Shown here piece by piece: positions 13,032-26,139 of a stretch of DNA of 64,000 nucleotides. The notes under the pieces are model-generated. The model was not told the DNA's origin and searched no databases. It saw only the letters and a list, made by a program, of their open reading frames with translations. Numbering within the stretch: position 1 is the stretch's first letter; each line of letters starts with the position of its first letter. Source of the DNA: Octopus sinensis (taxonomy: Eukaryota); the NCBI RefSeq assembly GCF_006345805.1, contig NC_043000.1, positions 36,580,001 to 36,644,000 of the forward strand. The letters run 5' to 3'. A program made the translations under genes and the position numbers.

Positions 13032-13142
13032 CATACATACACGGATGTATGTGTGGGTTTATATAAGGCCCGGCATTCGCTATGATTGATCGCCAGTCAC
13101 TAAACCTTTTTCTATTTTCTCTCCCTGTTTATTTCTGTGTTC

Positions 13143-13178
13143 CTTTCTGTCGAAGAGCGTAGGCTCGAAACGTTAAAG
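13143..13178 (+). ncRNA. Degenerate minimal type I hammerhead in a Penelope-like terminal fragment (~13085-13275)
   Basis: CUUU-CUGUCGA-A-GAGC(GUAG)GCUC-GAAAC-GU-U|AAAG; A6->U in the core, ACGT palindromic stem III. Confidence 0.55.
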
Positions 13179-13268
13179 ACCTTTTCACGTCCCGAGCGTT
13201 AAAAATACATTTGTTTGTTGTTTACACTCTCGTTTTCGTCTTGTGTTTTGATTTTTGTTTTGAAATTC

Positions 13269-13324
<56 letters not shown>

Positions 13325-13344
13325 TATTCATATATTCACTTGCT

Positions 13345-13518
13345 GGTTTCAGTCATTTGACTGTACACATGGTGGATCACCATTCTAAGAGAGTTTTTAG
13401 TTGAAGAATTTGGGAAGCCTAGTACTTATTACATCGGACTGTTTTGCCAAACCACTATGACACCAACCCGGTAAATACACGAACCCCGTTGTCAAGCGAT
13501 GGTAGGGGACAAATGCAG

Positions 13519-13573
<55 letters not shown>

Positions 13574-13735
13574 AACGAAGGACTTCTTTCCGTTCCCGCC
13601 TACCAAATTCACTCACAATGATTTGGTCAGTCCGAAGCCATAGTAGGGTACACTTCCGCAAGGTGTTACGCAGTGGGACTGAACCCGGAACCCATGCATG
13701 TGGTTGAGGAGGGAGTGTCTTACCACACAGCCAAA
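13345..13735 (-). mobile_element. SINE family A copy
   Basis: Head tggctgtgtggtaag at ~13733, internal (TG)n, tail cagtcaaatgactgaaac. Confidence 0.85.
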
Positions 13736-14782
13736 TGCATCTTGCAATAACCGGTTCTTTTGGTCAAACTATCGTATCTCTAGCTGCTTCAGATGCAAGA
13801 TGTCAAAAATCGTCAAAAGTGTAGTACATCGGTTTTGCTATGGAATGGTGAAATTATTTTTTTCGTTTTCCGAAAAAGCAACATTTTGAACTCAACGAAA
13901 CTGTCGCATAATAGGAACGATATATCTCTATTTATAAAACTGAAATGCGAAAAGTTTGTTTGTCTGGTTTTAGCATTGAGAACGGGTTAAAGTCCACTAG
14001 ATCCCGTCGGATTGACTCCAAAATTTACAGGAACATGTAAAATGAGGTGACAATGCCAGTGGGCTAGTTTAGAAATCCTCATCTTAAAAGGTGTCGTTGC
14101 TAGGGCCAAAAACGCACTTAGACAAGTCGACTCCCATTCTTTTATGTATCTGTATTGCTCCGTCACTCATTCTCTTTCCTCCCTTCCCATCACTTCCTAT
14201 ATATAACGTCGTCTAACAGCGTCTAACTCCCCTTCACTTTCTCTTTATAATGTCCTCAAACGGCGTTCTATATCTCTCCCCCCTCCCCGCATTCGACAGC
14301 GCTTTCACACTCTCTCCCTCTACATCTGTCTACATTCATAGACAGAATTATCATCGCTACAACCACCACACAATCATGAGAACAAATATTATGAATCAGA
14401 TATTTATTGGGTTAATTTTTATATATATATGTGTGTGTGTGTGTTCTGTATATAAATATGTATATATAATGTATATATACAAAGTGTATATATCTGTATT
14501 TATGTATATTAAACTTTTTAATACTTTTTGATAGTTATATATATTAAAAAAAATATAAATATAAATAATTTTTATTTTAAATTTAAATAATTTAAACTTT
14601 TCAATTTTATATTTTATATATTTTGTATATCATATTTTTTATTTTGTTTGTTTTTCACTGTTTGATTTGCTTATTAGTGGTTTTATCTCTAATTTAATTT
14701 ATACATATATATATATTATTTGTATACATTTGTATAAATAATGCGTGGCACACACAACACACACATATTTATATATATATAT

Positions 14783-14822
<40 letters not shown>

Positions 14823-15649
14823 TATATATATAATGTGTGCATTATGTGGTCGGTTGAGATGAAAATATGCACACCTATGTTAAAAGTGCTGGCAAGTTTG
14901 CATGACAACTATTTTTTTCCTCAAATGAAAGGCGTGACCTCTAGGACAAAATTCCTCATCTTATAAAATGTGGCCCCAGTAGACCCGAATGAAATCGGGT
15001 TATATTAACCAAAATATGAAAAGGGGTCTAAATGGGGCTGGAAGGGGATTAACATTTAAAGGAGCGGGTGTTTAGGGATAATCTGTTACGTCAAGCTAAA
15101 AAATTTGCGCCAGCCTTTTAATCGTCAATGTGTTGCCGTCCATGATGAAGAAGTTTTGAATGCTTGCCATGGTGAGTCTACTGTCGTGAGAAAGAATCAC
15201 TTCAAAACTTGGTGTTTAGGAATTTTCTTTTACATCAAATTCAAAATTTTACGCCAGAAGTTAAACTGTCAATACGTTGCTGTCCGTCGTTAAGAAATGC
15301 CAGCCATGGAGACTGTACTATCCTCAGATTCTATCCCTTCAAACTTTGGTTTCCAATATTTTATTATTTTTATTCAGCTCGCACGTTCGTCTGTCCCTTT
15401 TAAATGTTAGTGTTTTGCTGTCTGCCTTGTAGCAGACCTTTCCGTTGTCACTGCCTGATATTTATGAGTGATCTTTCAAAATATTTTATTTCTCAACTTA
15501 CTCAAGATCTTTTGTTGTTTATAAATGGGAGAGAGATAGATGAAGATAGAGAGTAAGAGAAAGCAAGGGAGAGTCCGAGAGAAAAGAAAAGTAAGAGAGT
15601 GAGAAAGTGAGAGAGAAAGGAGAGAGAAACAAAGAAGGAGAATCATCAT

Positions 15650-15910
15650 TATCATCATCATCATCATCCTCATCATTGTCTAACGTCCGTTTTCCCTGCT
15701 AGCACGGGTTGGACAGTTTGCCCGGGGTCTGGGAAGCCAGGAGGCTGCACCAGGCTCCAGTCTGATCTTGCAGTGTTTCTACAGGTGGATGCCATTCCTA
15801 ACGCCAACTACTCTGTGAGTGTAGTGAGTGCTTTTTTCGAGCCGCCGGCACAGGTGCCAGGGGGGCTGGCAGCGGCCACGTTCGGATGGTGCTTTTTACG
15901 TGCTGAAAGG
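15650..15910 (-). mobile_element. Non-autonomous retroposon with (GAT)n tail
   Basis: Minus strand ends ggaaaacggacgttagacaatgatgaggatgatgatg; internal gttggcgttaggaatggcatccacctgtagaaac. Confidence 0.55.
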
Positions 15911-15924
15911 AAAGTAGCAACCAC

Positions 15925-15961
15925 ACTCTTACCCGCGCGTAGAGCGGGTCACCTTAAGCTA

Positions 15962-15964
<3 letters not shown>
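15925..15964 (+). mobile_element. Helitron-like 3' terminus
   Basis: Hairpin acccgc-gcgtaga-gcgggt, 9 nt, then CTAG followed by T. Confidence 0.5.
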
Positions 15965-16032
<68 letters not shown>

Positions 16033-16440
16033 CTTTGATAGGTTTCGACCAGTATTGGCCCAGGCCATGTTTAACTTTATATTATAGGAAGTGGATGCTA
16101 TTTAAAAAACACTCTTTTAGCTGCATCACTTAATCCAGGTCTATAAATGTAGGGAAGTGATCTAGCAGAACCTCGCGGGCAAGAAAAGTGGAAAAAGTAG
16201 AAAAGGGCCCAACCTCCACAAAAAAATGGATCATAAAACAAAACAAGTTAAAGCGTGCGATCAAAAGACCCTCTTGTGTGAGGAGAAATCCATAATCACT
16301 CCAGAAAAAAATAGGGTTTATATCTCTTCGCATAGTGAATATTTAGCTATTAAACTACATACATGAAATGTATGAAGCCACTTAAGGTGAAATTCCGATT
16401 AGAAGCTGGGTTTACAATGCAAAAACTGTGGAAAAGATTG

Positions 16441-16600
16441 GCGCAGGAGTGGCTGTGTGGTAAGTAGCTTGCTAACCAACCACATGGTTCCGGGTTCAGT
16501 CCCACTGCGTGGCATCTTGGGCAAGTATCTTCTGCCCAGCACCGGTTGTCAAGCAGTGGTGATGGTAGTGGTGGTGTTGGTGGGACACACACACACACAT
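16441..16600 (+). mobile_element. SINE family A head joined to an inverted internal segment
   Basis: Plus-strand head to ~16533, then the reverse complement of the tgtgtcc...cttgacaaccg.tgctgg segment. Confidence 0.75.
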
Positions 16601-17871
16601 CAATTATTAGTGACGGAAGCAGTTGTAATATTTAAAGGTACTGTGTATATCCAACTAAGCATGGACATCTTGTTAGAACACCAACTTCTGCATTATTAGC
16701 CTTGAAAATCAACTCACATAGGTGCTTGGCGCTTAAAAGAACACACACAGATCATAGCAGTCGAGAATTGTCTGTCATGAAAGCCGTTGCTAATGATTAA
16801 TTCTTAGTAGGCCTGCTGACCATTTCTAACATCAGTATCTGAGAAGATGTTGATATTCTATACACCGCAGCAGCGACATTTGACTGGCATGTATCCACTG
16901 GACACCTCCCGCTCTCATGACTTCCAGTCAAATGAAGTCAGGTAACAGGAAATTTCCGGTGCCCATGACAGATGAATCTCATCTATTACGATCTATGCTC
17001 GTGCTTCTATGCACCAAGTGCCTAAATGAGAGAACTTGTCAAGGCTAATGACCAGTCTTCAGTGTTTCATCAAAGCATCCATGCTAAGTTGGATGCAGAA
17101 ATTACCCTTATGATCTAATTTGCTCATCAACTCCCCAAACATTTTGTAACTGCTATATACTTCGTATTTTGTTGTATGAAGGTAGCTTTATCGAAAAGAA
17201 TATTCTTAATATAGTAGTGGTAGTAGTAGTAATAATAATAATAATAATAATAATAATGTTGCCTTTCTTGTGTGATTTTTTTCCCTCGATCTTTATCGAT
17301 GTTGGAAAGAAGAGATTATTTCCAGGGATTATGAAACGATGCAAATCAAGGTAAGGCATACAATGTTTGATACAGAATGGAATTACAACTCAGTACCCAG
17401 CATTCAGCTATTGAATTCGCTCCATGCTATGGATAGCAGCTCTTATTTTAACAAGCATTGTTAATAATCTCATGATTGTTATATTAAATAAACCCCATTA
17501 TCGACCGATTCCAAAGCTGCAGAAGGATCTAATAATAACAAAAACCAGTAGAGGTGTTTACGCAGCAGCAAGACTTTCTACATCTCTGCACGCATTTTTA
17601 TTGCCATTCTTCTATAAAATGCAAGCCATTGTGTCCAGTAAGTGATGTAATACGGCGTTAAAGCCTCGTCGTTCAACTTATTTCAGAATGAAATACAGAT
17701 GAACGAAGAAAGTAGACGAACCGTCAGGAGGACTTCATAGAAAACTAGCTTTCAAACACGTGCTAATGAATTTTATTCGTATCATATTTTACCTTTCACT
17801 TGTTTCAGTCATTGGAATGCGCCCATACTGGGGCACCGCCTTGGAAGTTAGTCGAATAAATCGGCACCAGT

Positions 17872-18006
17872 ACAATTTCTTGACCACACCACCCCGAACG
17901 TCTGGCCACCTAAATCCCCAGACTGCGAACCACTTCATAATTATGTGTGGGGCGCAGTTGAGGGAGAGACCAACAAAACTCCTCGTAACACCAAAGCTGA
18001 ACTGAA
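17872..18006 (+). pseudogene. Tc1/mariner-superfamily (maT/DD37D-like) transposase C-terminal fragment
   Basis: WPPKSPDCEPLHNYVWGAVEGETNKTPRNTKAEL resembles the WPxxSPDLNPLDYxVWG motif. Confidence 0.7.
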
Positions 18007-18674
18007 CCCTAAACCACAAAGCTACGAAGCGAACTTCTTAAATACACAGCCTTACCTGCGTCTGTATGGAGAGTTTAGAAGAAATAGTTTTATGATGATG
18101 AGAATGAAATCCCTGCCTTGTTCTAGGCCAGCTTTCATTGGTGAAGCGAGATGCGAACAGTTCCTTCAGCAATGTATTTAATATTTGTCACTCCAATAGG
18201 GAAAACATACAAACGAAAATAAAATTTTGTAATTCATTTGTCAAAAGTGAAGAAAACTAATTTATCTTCTGTCTTTTATTCCGACATTCAAGTCGAGAAG
18301 AAGGAGGAGAAGAAGAAGAAGATTTGGTTACAACGATCATATATTCCATCGGAGGATAGTTGTGGAATGAGTCAAAGACTGGATACATAAACAATGAAAC
18401 GCTATGCATGGTGAGATGAGATCGGCCAATAGTTCTGCGCTATATAGGAGTACGGTGATGATATGAAGCACAAAATTGATTGAATTATCTGATTAAATTT
18501 TACATCATTGAACAAATCCATTCATTTCCTCGAACTTTCATTCGAAATTAGACGTACCACTGCGCGTGGAGGAAGTTTGAGTAGAGAAGTCAATTATTAT
18601 CTTTCTACTAGTCACACTTTTGAAAAAGACAATAAAAAGAGGTAATTGGCATCCGAGACATTTTCATACAACGA

Positions 18675-18737
18675 TGTACACACACACACACGCACACGCA
18701 CACACACACATACATATATATATATATACACACAGAC

Positions 18738-18786
<49 letters not shown>

Positions 18787-18828
18787 CACACACACATATA
18801 TATAATATATATATATATATATAATACA

Positions 18829-18872
<44 letters not shown>

Positions 18873-18969
18873 CACCACATATATATATATATATATATAC
18901 ACACAATATATTATATATATATATATATATATACCACACACCATATATATATATATATATATATTATAT

Positions 18970-19006
<37 letters not shown>

Positions 19007-19035
19007 ATATATAATATATATATATATATACACAC

Positions 19036-19113
<78 letters not shown>

Positions 19114-19168
19114 TATATATATATACACACACATATATATATATATATATAATATATATATACACACC

Positions 19169-19202
<34 letters not shown>

Positions 19203-19212
19203 CACCACATAT

Positions 19213-19248
<36 letters not shown>

Positions 19249-19259
19249 TATATATATAT

Positions 19260-19299
<40 letters not shown>

Positions 19300-19367
19300 T
19301 ATATATATATATATAGATATATATGTGTTAATATATATTATATTATATATATATAATATTTATATAC

Positions 19368-19424
<57 letters not shown>

Positions 19425-19530
19425 ATATATATATATATATACTATATATATATATATAATTATACATATATATATATATATATATATACCACACATATTA
19501 TATATATATATAATATATATATATAATATA

Positions 19531-19617
<87 letters not shown>

Positions 19618-19649
19618 TATATATAATATATATATCTATAGATACACAC

Positions 19650-19690
<41 letters not shown>

Positions 19691-19753
19691 TATACACAAC
19701 ATATATATATATATATCATATATATATACATACATATATATATATTATATACA

Positions 19754-19791
<38 letters not shown>

Positions 19792-19917
19792 TAGATCACA
19801 CATTATAAATATATATTATATATATATATTATATTATATAACACACATTATATATATATATATTATATATATATTATACAACACATATATATATATATAT
19901 ATATATATAGATATACA

Positions 19918-19963
<46 letters not shown>

Positions 19964-20195
19964 ATATATACATATATATAATATATATATATATATACAA
20001 CCACATATATATATATATATAATATATACAACCATATATATATATATACACACATATATATATATATATACACAACATATATATATATATATACACAATA
20101 TAATATATATACACACACATATATATATATCAAATATACACACATATATATATATATATATCTATATATATATATATATAAATACACACATATAC

Positions 20196-20242
<47 letters not shown>

Positions 20243-20306
20243 TATATAATATATATTATATATATATATACACACACATATATATTATATATAATAGAAT
20301 ATATAC

Positions 20307-20344
<38 letters not shown>

Positions 20345-20412
20345 ACACATATATATATATATAATATAATATATATATACACACACATATATAATATATA
20401 AACACACATATC

Positions 20413-20444
<32 letters not shown>

Positions 20445-20597
20445 ACATATATATAATATATATATATATATATAACACACACATAATATATATATATATA
20501 TATATATATATACACCACACAAATATATATATATAGATATATAACACACACCAATACATATATATATATATATATACCAACACATATATATATATAT

Positions 20598-20639
<42 letters not shown>

Positions 20640-20665
20640 CACACACACACACACACACATATATA
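18675..20665. repeat. ~2-kb noisy (TA)/(CA) microsatellite array
   Basis: Direct reading. Confidence 0.95.
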
Positions 20666-20666
20666 T

Positions 20667-20900
20667 TAGACAGAAGGGATAACAAATCCAAGGCTGTTTA
20701 AGGAGCTTTCAGGATATTTACATTGAACTAGTCTAACAGCTGTTTCTGCGATATTATGGTAAAGGAGGAGATAGGGAATATAGAGGGAAATAAAAGAATG
20801 AAAGTAGAAATAAGATATATAAAGATATTGTAGTTTCAGTTCCATTCAAGGAAAATGGTGTATAGAAGTGGTAAAATATTTCCTGTACATGGTATGTAAG
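20667..20900 (-). mobile_element. Penelope-like terminal fragment, same family as 45638-45935, hammerhead 5' half deleted
   Basis: Aligns with the 45638 copy; retains GAAACAGCTGTTAGAC but lacks the CUGA core. Confidence 0.65.
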
Positions 20901-21279
20901 TTCCAGTAGCAGTTCATGTTTAGTCATTTCAAAGTATGAAGCTGTGAAATCAGTGTTGCTCGTTCGAAACGGTTTTGTGGCGTGAATGTATTGGAAGTAA
21001 TTGTGGATAGATGGGAGAAGAGATGGGTATGAATAGAAAGAGGAGGAAGGTCAAATTCAAAATAGGAAGAGAAAATGAAAGCAAGAAAGAGAAAAAAAGA
21101 AGAAGAAAGGGGAGAGTATCAATGCATTACGGCCGTTTCAAGCGGCTCCATTTAATTGATCAATGAAAACATTATATCAGTTTGGAAGAAACCGCTCTCC
21201 TCGGAGCAGATGACAATATAGATTTCCACTTCGATTTGCACGGACTATACCAAACTGGCTTAAGTACCTAATTTAATTG

Positions 21280-21324
<45 letters not shown>

Positions 21325-21430
21325 GGAAAATTGAACAAGGAGAGACTCTGGGGAAGTTGTTTAATCAATTATATATTGAATTCTTCTGCATGTTTCTATT
21401 TCTGTTTGATGAGTTTTTGTTATTTACATC

Positions 21431-21513
21431 TTTCTTGATGAAACATGCATTGCTGACCATAATTTATCCTTTTGGACATTTTTGGAGTGTATCTGTCGAA
21501 ACATATGTAGAAG
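21431..21513 (+). ncRNA. Decayed type I hammerhead with long stem II
   Basis: UUUC-UUGAUGA-AACA...UGUC-GAAAC-AUAU-GUA|GAAG; C3->U and G10.1->A changes. Confidence 0.4.
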
Positions 21514-21941
21514 AATTGAATTTATAAATAGTTTAGCAACATCCCGAGAGTTTGTCTCCTAATTGAATTTCTACCAAATACGACTTACTATCCTGGATTT
21601 AAATCCTGGGATACTTAAGCAACATTTAGCTACCATGTGATTATTCCCCTGGGTTTCTCCTTTAATTTGTAAACTCTCTCTCTCCTTCTCCCTCTCCCTC
21701 TCATATATATATATATATATCGAATAGTATACGCAATTGAAGTAGAGAAGTTACTCGCAACATTAATGAATGTTTTATTCACATTTTCCAGAGACAACAA
21801 ATTCTCAGCTTCTAGGAATCCATAGAAAAAGTTTCCCAAAAGCCAAAATATTTCTGGCCTTCTTGCTGTTGAGTCGGAGTGTTTTTGACGCTGCTAGTCC
21901 TTAAGAGATTTTAACAAAATATTCATGAGAAAAATCAGTTC

Positions 21942-23050
21942 TGTGAGAAATCCGTGTTTTCCTCATCACGGGGTAGGAGAAGGGAAATTAATTACAGATG
22001 TCGTATCAATCACTTTTGCCTTTCCACATTAATTAAGCATATTTAATCATTAATTTGCTTCCAAAGTCTCGTGTGGCTGTATGATAAATGCATGCCATAT
22101 CCTACCTTCAAATATCGCTCTCAACCGACAAATCAACTCAAACTTTATTTGTATGGTGTTAGAGTAGACGGTGGGTACGGTCATTCTGGCGGGTGGATTG
22201 TAGCAGAGTTTGGTGTCCATTTCTACAACATTGCTATTCGCTTACTGGAAAATAACTTCTTTTAGCCAGAGTTAAAATCGGTGCAATCTTAAATAAAACA
22301 TCAGTAGGTGCTATGACCTCCTATCTGTGTCATGAAAGATCCACTGACACGGGAAAAGGCCACGGTGCTGAATAAATATTCCTCATTGATGAGTTAAAAA
22401 TTAATTCTCGATTGCTGAAGCAGTCGGGTCAGTTTCCCAAAACTACAGTGTAAAATCAAAATCTGTTAAAGAAACAAGGAAGTGTGACAATTTTGCTCAC
22501 AGGAAAGGGAGTCTGTGATATGTCGAGGTTTCTACCTTCACAGAGAACGAAAGAAACAGAAAGAAAGAGAAAAAGAGAGAATTTAATTAAGTATTAGCAA
22601 GATCAATTGTGAGAAATCCAGCTTTTTCCCCCTCACGGGGTAGGAGGAACGCTGATTGACAGGTGGGCCAAGGTATCGATCTCGTTCATTGCGCGCCCTC
22701 CTCCTGGTTCGAAGGCTTGTACCACCAAACAGCTGGTCGGCGCTGGTTGCTGGAACTGAAACTAACACAACACTATTGGAAGGCAGATTTAGAGAGGGCG
22801 CGGGCTAAAACTACGCACCTCTTCCCCTCAGTTAGTCTGTTGAAGCTTAGTCAGTGTCACGTGACAGCTGGTGCTGGCTGCTGGAGCCTCCGGCGTGTAT
22901 TTAAAGGGAAATTTGGCAGGATGGTCAGTCGCCCGTTATTTGTTGATGCTACATCGAATAAACCAAAGAACAAAAAAAAATGAGAAAGAAGAAACGCACT
23001 CAACACCAGAACTGAAGACACCTCTGAAAGGGGTGGGGCGCCACGTGGAA
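21942..23050. promoter_or_regulatory. Candidate cis-regulatory module
   Basis: Non-repeat, GC-richer island with a duplicated TGTGAGAAATCC...TCACGGGGTAGGAG motif, TGATTGACAG, GTCACGTGAC, CCACGTGG and CAGCTG sites. Motif matching only. Confidence 0.35.
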
Positions 23051-23701
23051 AGCAATAGAGGAGTAGGGGCCAGAAACTGGACGTGGTTCCTCCTGATGAT
23101 GTTTTTAGCCACTGGATCCTATAAAGGGACTGTTGAGGTAGCGAACCACGAAACGTGGTTGGAATACATTAGGCTTGTCACTTTTCAATTCCCACAATCA
23201 GTAATCATACTGACTATTAAAATCTGTATAGTTATTTATAAAGTTCACAAAAGTCACATTGATTTTAGATTAGTCTTAGCATGAACAAAAGTGATGCTTT
23301 AGGACTACATGGTAACATTTCGCCTCTGTGGTTTAACAAACTTCATATACATTGTTCTTCGCCTGACACAAAACAATTATTTCTTATCCCAATTTCTAAA
23401 TTAATCCATTCAAATTTTAATCCGTGAAATTGCCTTTAGCTTATAATTACAACTCCCAGGCGGCTCAACTGGTAAATGGCAAACGGTTGCCATATCCCGA
23501 AGGCTGAACTCATATAATGTGTTTAATTGCTAGTCAAAAACAGGAATGACAAATATCATATCACAAATTCTTGATTTATTAAAGATAAATTTATCTCCGC
23601 CTCTAGACGATATGTATCATAATTGATAAATGGTAATTAAGACAGCACCTTGCGAGAAAGGTCGATAATCAGAGAATGAGGAATTCTCCAAAGTTGACAT
23701 A

Positions 23702-23936
23702 CCTATTTCTTTACTACCCACAAGGAGCTAAACACAGAGTAGACAAACAAGGACAGACAAACGGATTAAGTCGATAATATCGACCCCAGTGTGTAACTGG
23801 TACTTAATTTATTGACCCCGAAAGGATGAAAGGCAAAGTCGACCTCGGCGGAATTTGAACTCAAAACGTAACGGCAGACGAAATACGGCTACGCATTTCG
23901 CCCGGCGTGCTAACGATTCTGCCTGCTCGCCGCCTT
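23702..23936 (-). mobile_element. SINE family B, full-length young copy
   Basis: aaggcggcgagcaggcagaatcgttagcacgccgggcg...ttgagttcaaattccgccgaggtcgactttgcctttcatcctttcgggg... Confidence 0.9.
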
Positions 23937-25208
23937 TGACATACCTTTACGGTAAAGGACAGACTTATTGACCACAGAGAAGAAGATAGTCGTAGCACGT
24001 GTTTCTACCCCAATAGATGTCATCAGCTCGACATTTTCCTGGCCTTTCTCCAGCAGCACGGTCACTTTGACATTTACAAAAGAAATAATTTCCATAAAGT
24101 AAATAAAAATTCGCCAAGAGAAATAACTCAGAGGGAATCAGTGGCATGAATACGAAGGCAGTAAGTAACTGCAGCCCTGCTATTTAATTTCTAAAGACGG
24201 ATCATTTAATTAACTTCTATTCTTTATCATTAGCATAGGTGTGAGATTTATTTAAATTTTGAACGATGCTCCACTCCAATCTTGATTTCCCGTTTCATTT
24301 CTGAGTATATTAATTACAAAACTGAATTTCTGTAACAAATTTCGTGCAAATAACATGAACCTAAGCCATGACACAGTTCCAACATCGTTCTCCGAGTACA
24401 AAGCAACAAGAAAACTTTAGAAAAACTTCAACAAGACTTAACTGTATGTCTCGTCGGTAACAAGAGGCTGATGTGTCTGGCTTTCAATAAACTTATGATG
24501 TAAATCTTCTGATAAAATGAAATGAAGACGAATAGACTGGGCTTTTTTTCTTCTTCTTCTCTTTGAAAATATGTTGCCTAAAGTAATATTCTGTTGCTCA
24601 TCTAGATGTTGATGTTGTTGTTCTTGGTGGTGGTGGTGGTCGTGCTGCAGTTGATGATGACAACGAGGATGCTGAAGATGATTATCATTATGATTTTGAT
24701 GATGACAAAATTGAAAATGAGGGTGATGATAACGATTCTGTTGTTTATCGCCGCTCGTACTTATTATTATTATTATTATTATTATTATCATCATGACGAT
24801 GACGCAGTTATTGATTTACCGTTGTAGGAGATGGTTATGATGATGATGATGATGACAATGGCAATGTAACGTAGAGACTGAGGCTGATGTCGTCGACGTT
24901 GCTGAAATTGTTTCTGGTTGTTTTCCTCTTTTGTTTACCTCTCATATATCTGTCTCAATCACTTTACTTATTATTTCCAATATATTTTCTATAGCTTGTC
25001 TCATTTTCCAGCTATTCATACCTAACAGCAGAAATATAATTTTCCTTTATACATTTTTTCTCTCCATATATTAGCTTTCTCTTTGAGATCAATTATTTTA
25101 TTCCTATAATTTCTATTTGCAAAAGAATTCTTTGATATTTTACTCCAAGGTAAAGTTTTTAATCAGTACCAGCCAAGAACAGAATGCTTTTTCCATTACA
25201 CACACACA

Positions 25209-25243
<35 letters not shown>

Positions 25244-25995
25244 GTGTGTGTGTATGTGTGCTTGTGTGTGTGCTGTTAAATTTCTTCTTTCACAAAAATT
25301 TTCACATCAGTGTTGTATTGTAATTAATATTCCTCCAATATTTCTATTATTCTTCTTTCATTTCTCTTCCCTCCCTGAACACGCACCTTTCCTTTCATTT
25401 TTTTGTCTCTTCTTCATTGCTTTCATTTTCCTTCCTTTCTTTCTTTTCTGTTTATACACTTTATAACACTCTACAAACTAATTTTCTTCTCACGCACAAC
25501 AAAAATAAGTTTTGTACCTCAGTTGTCTTCCAATAATTCTTCCTCAGTTTTTTGTTACCCATTTTCCAGTCGCATCTCTTCTTTTTCTCCCTCTGCTACC
25601 TTCTTTTGCTCTCTCATCCCTTTACCTCTTCATGCCTCCCTTCTATGCAAAAGCGTCTCTCACCCATACCGCTGCATACACTTCGATCAGGTCTACTTTA
25701 CTTTTGCCGTCCTTTTTACCTCACACTTCTTCACTTTCCTGACAGTCAATACACAATAAAAGTACGCATGTCACATTACTTCTGCACTTGCACGCCTCTA
25801 CATATATACACGCCACTAAAATCACACCCACACACTACTCCTCCTTATCTCCACCTCAAAGCACGTATACATTCTTATACGTACACATACACCTGCGCAT
25901 CAACCCTTCTCCGAAGAGCCGCATTTCTACCTGGCGTCTAATGCCACCTCCATTTTTATATCAACCACTTTTCCTCTTTCTCACTACTATGCATT

Positions 25996-26031
25996 TCTTC
26001 TGATGAAGAAATGTCCTCTGAAACGTTAAGA
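25996..26031 (+). ncRNA. Minimal type I hammerhead (intact core, GUU site)
   Basis: UCUU-CUGAUGA-AGA(AAUGUCC)UCU-GAAAC-GU-U|AAGA; downstream context resembles the 13143 copy. Confidence 0.7.
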
Positions 26032-26139
26032 CCCTTTAAGCCACTTTAAGCGTTAATCTAAGTTAATATTTGTTAAGTCTTCTCTTTCATGTATTGGCGT
26101 TTTCCATTTCGATAATATACTTTCCATCATATATAGACC

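Noticed and set aside
21125-21150. GAAACGGCCGTA hammerhead-like 3' half (minus)
   Set aside because: No CUGANGA core found upstream.
23086-23165. CTGATGA...GAAAC on plus
   Set aside because: Stem II cannot close and stem I is poor; the AACCACG/CGTGGTT hairpin competes.
22871-23284. 137 aa ORF with faint Hes-like words (SNKP, EK, ELKT)
   Set aside because: Spacing does not fit a bHLH, no basic region or helix 2, and a stop interrupts the relevant frame.
23985-24032. CTGATGA...GAAAC on minus
   Set aside because: First stem II pair mismatched and no valid NUH triplet; likely chance or heavily decayed.
24438-24827. His/Gln-rich and Met/Ile-rich ORFs (also 47331-47546)
   Set aside because: Decayed trinucleotide repeats.
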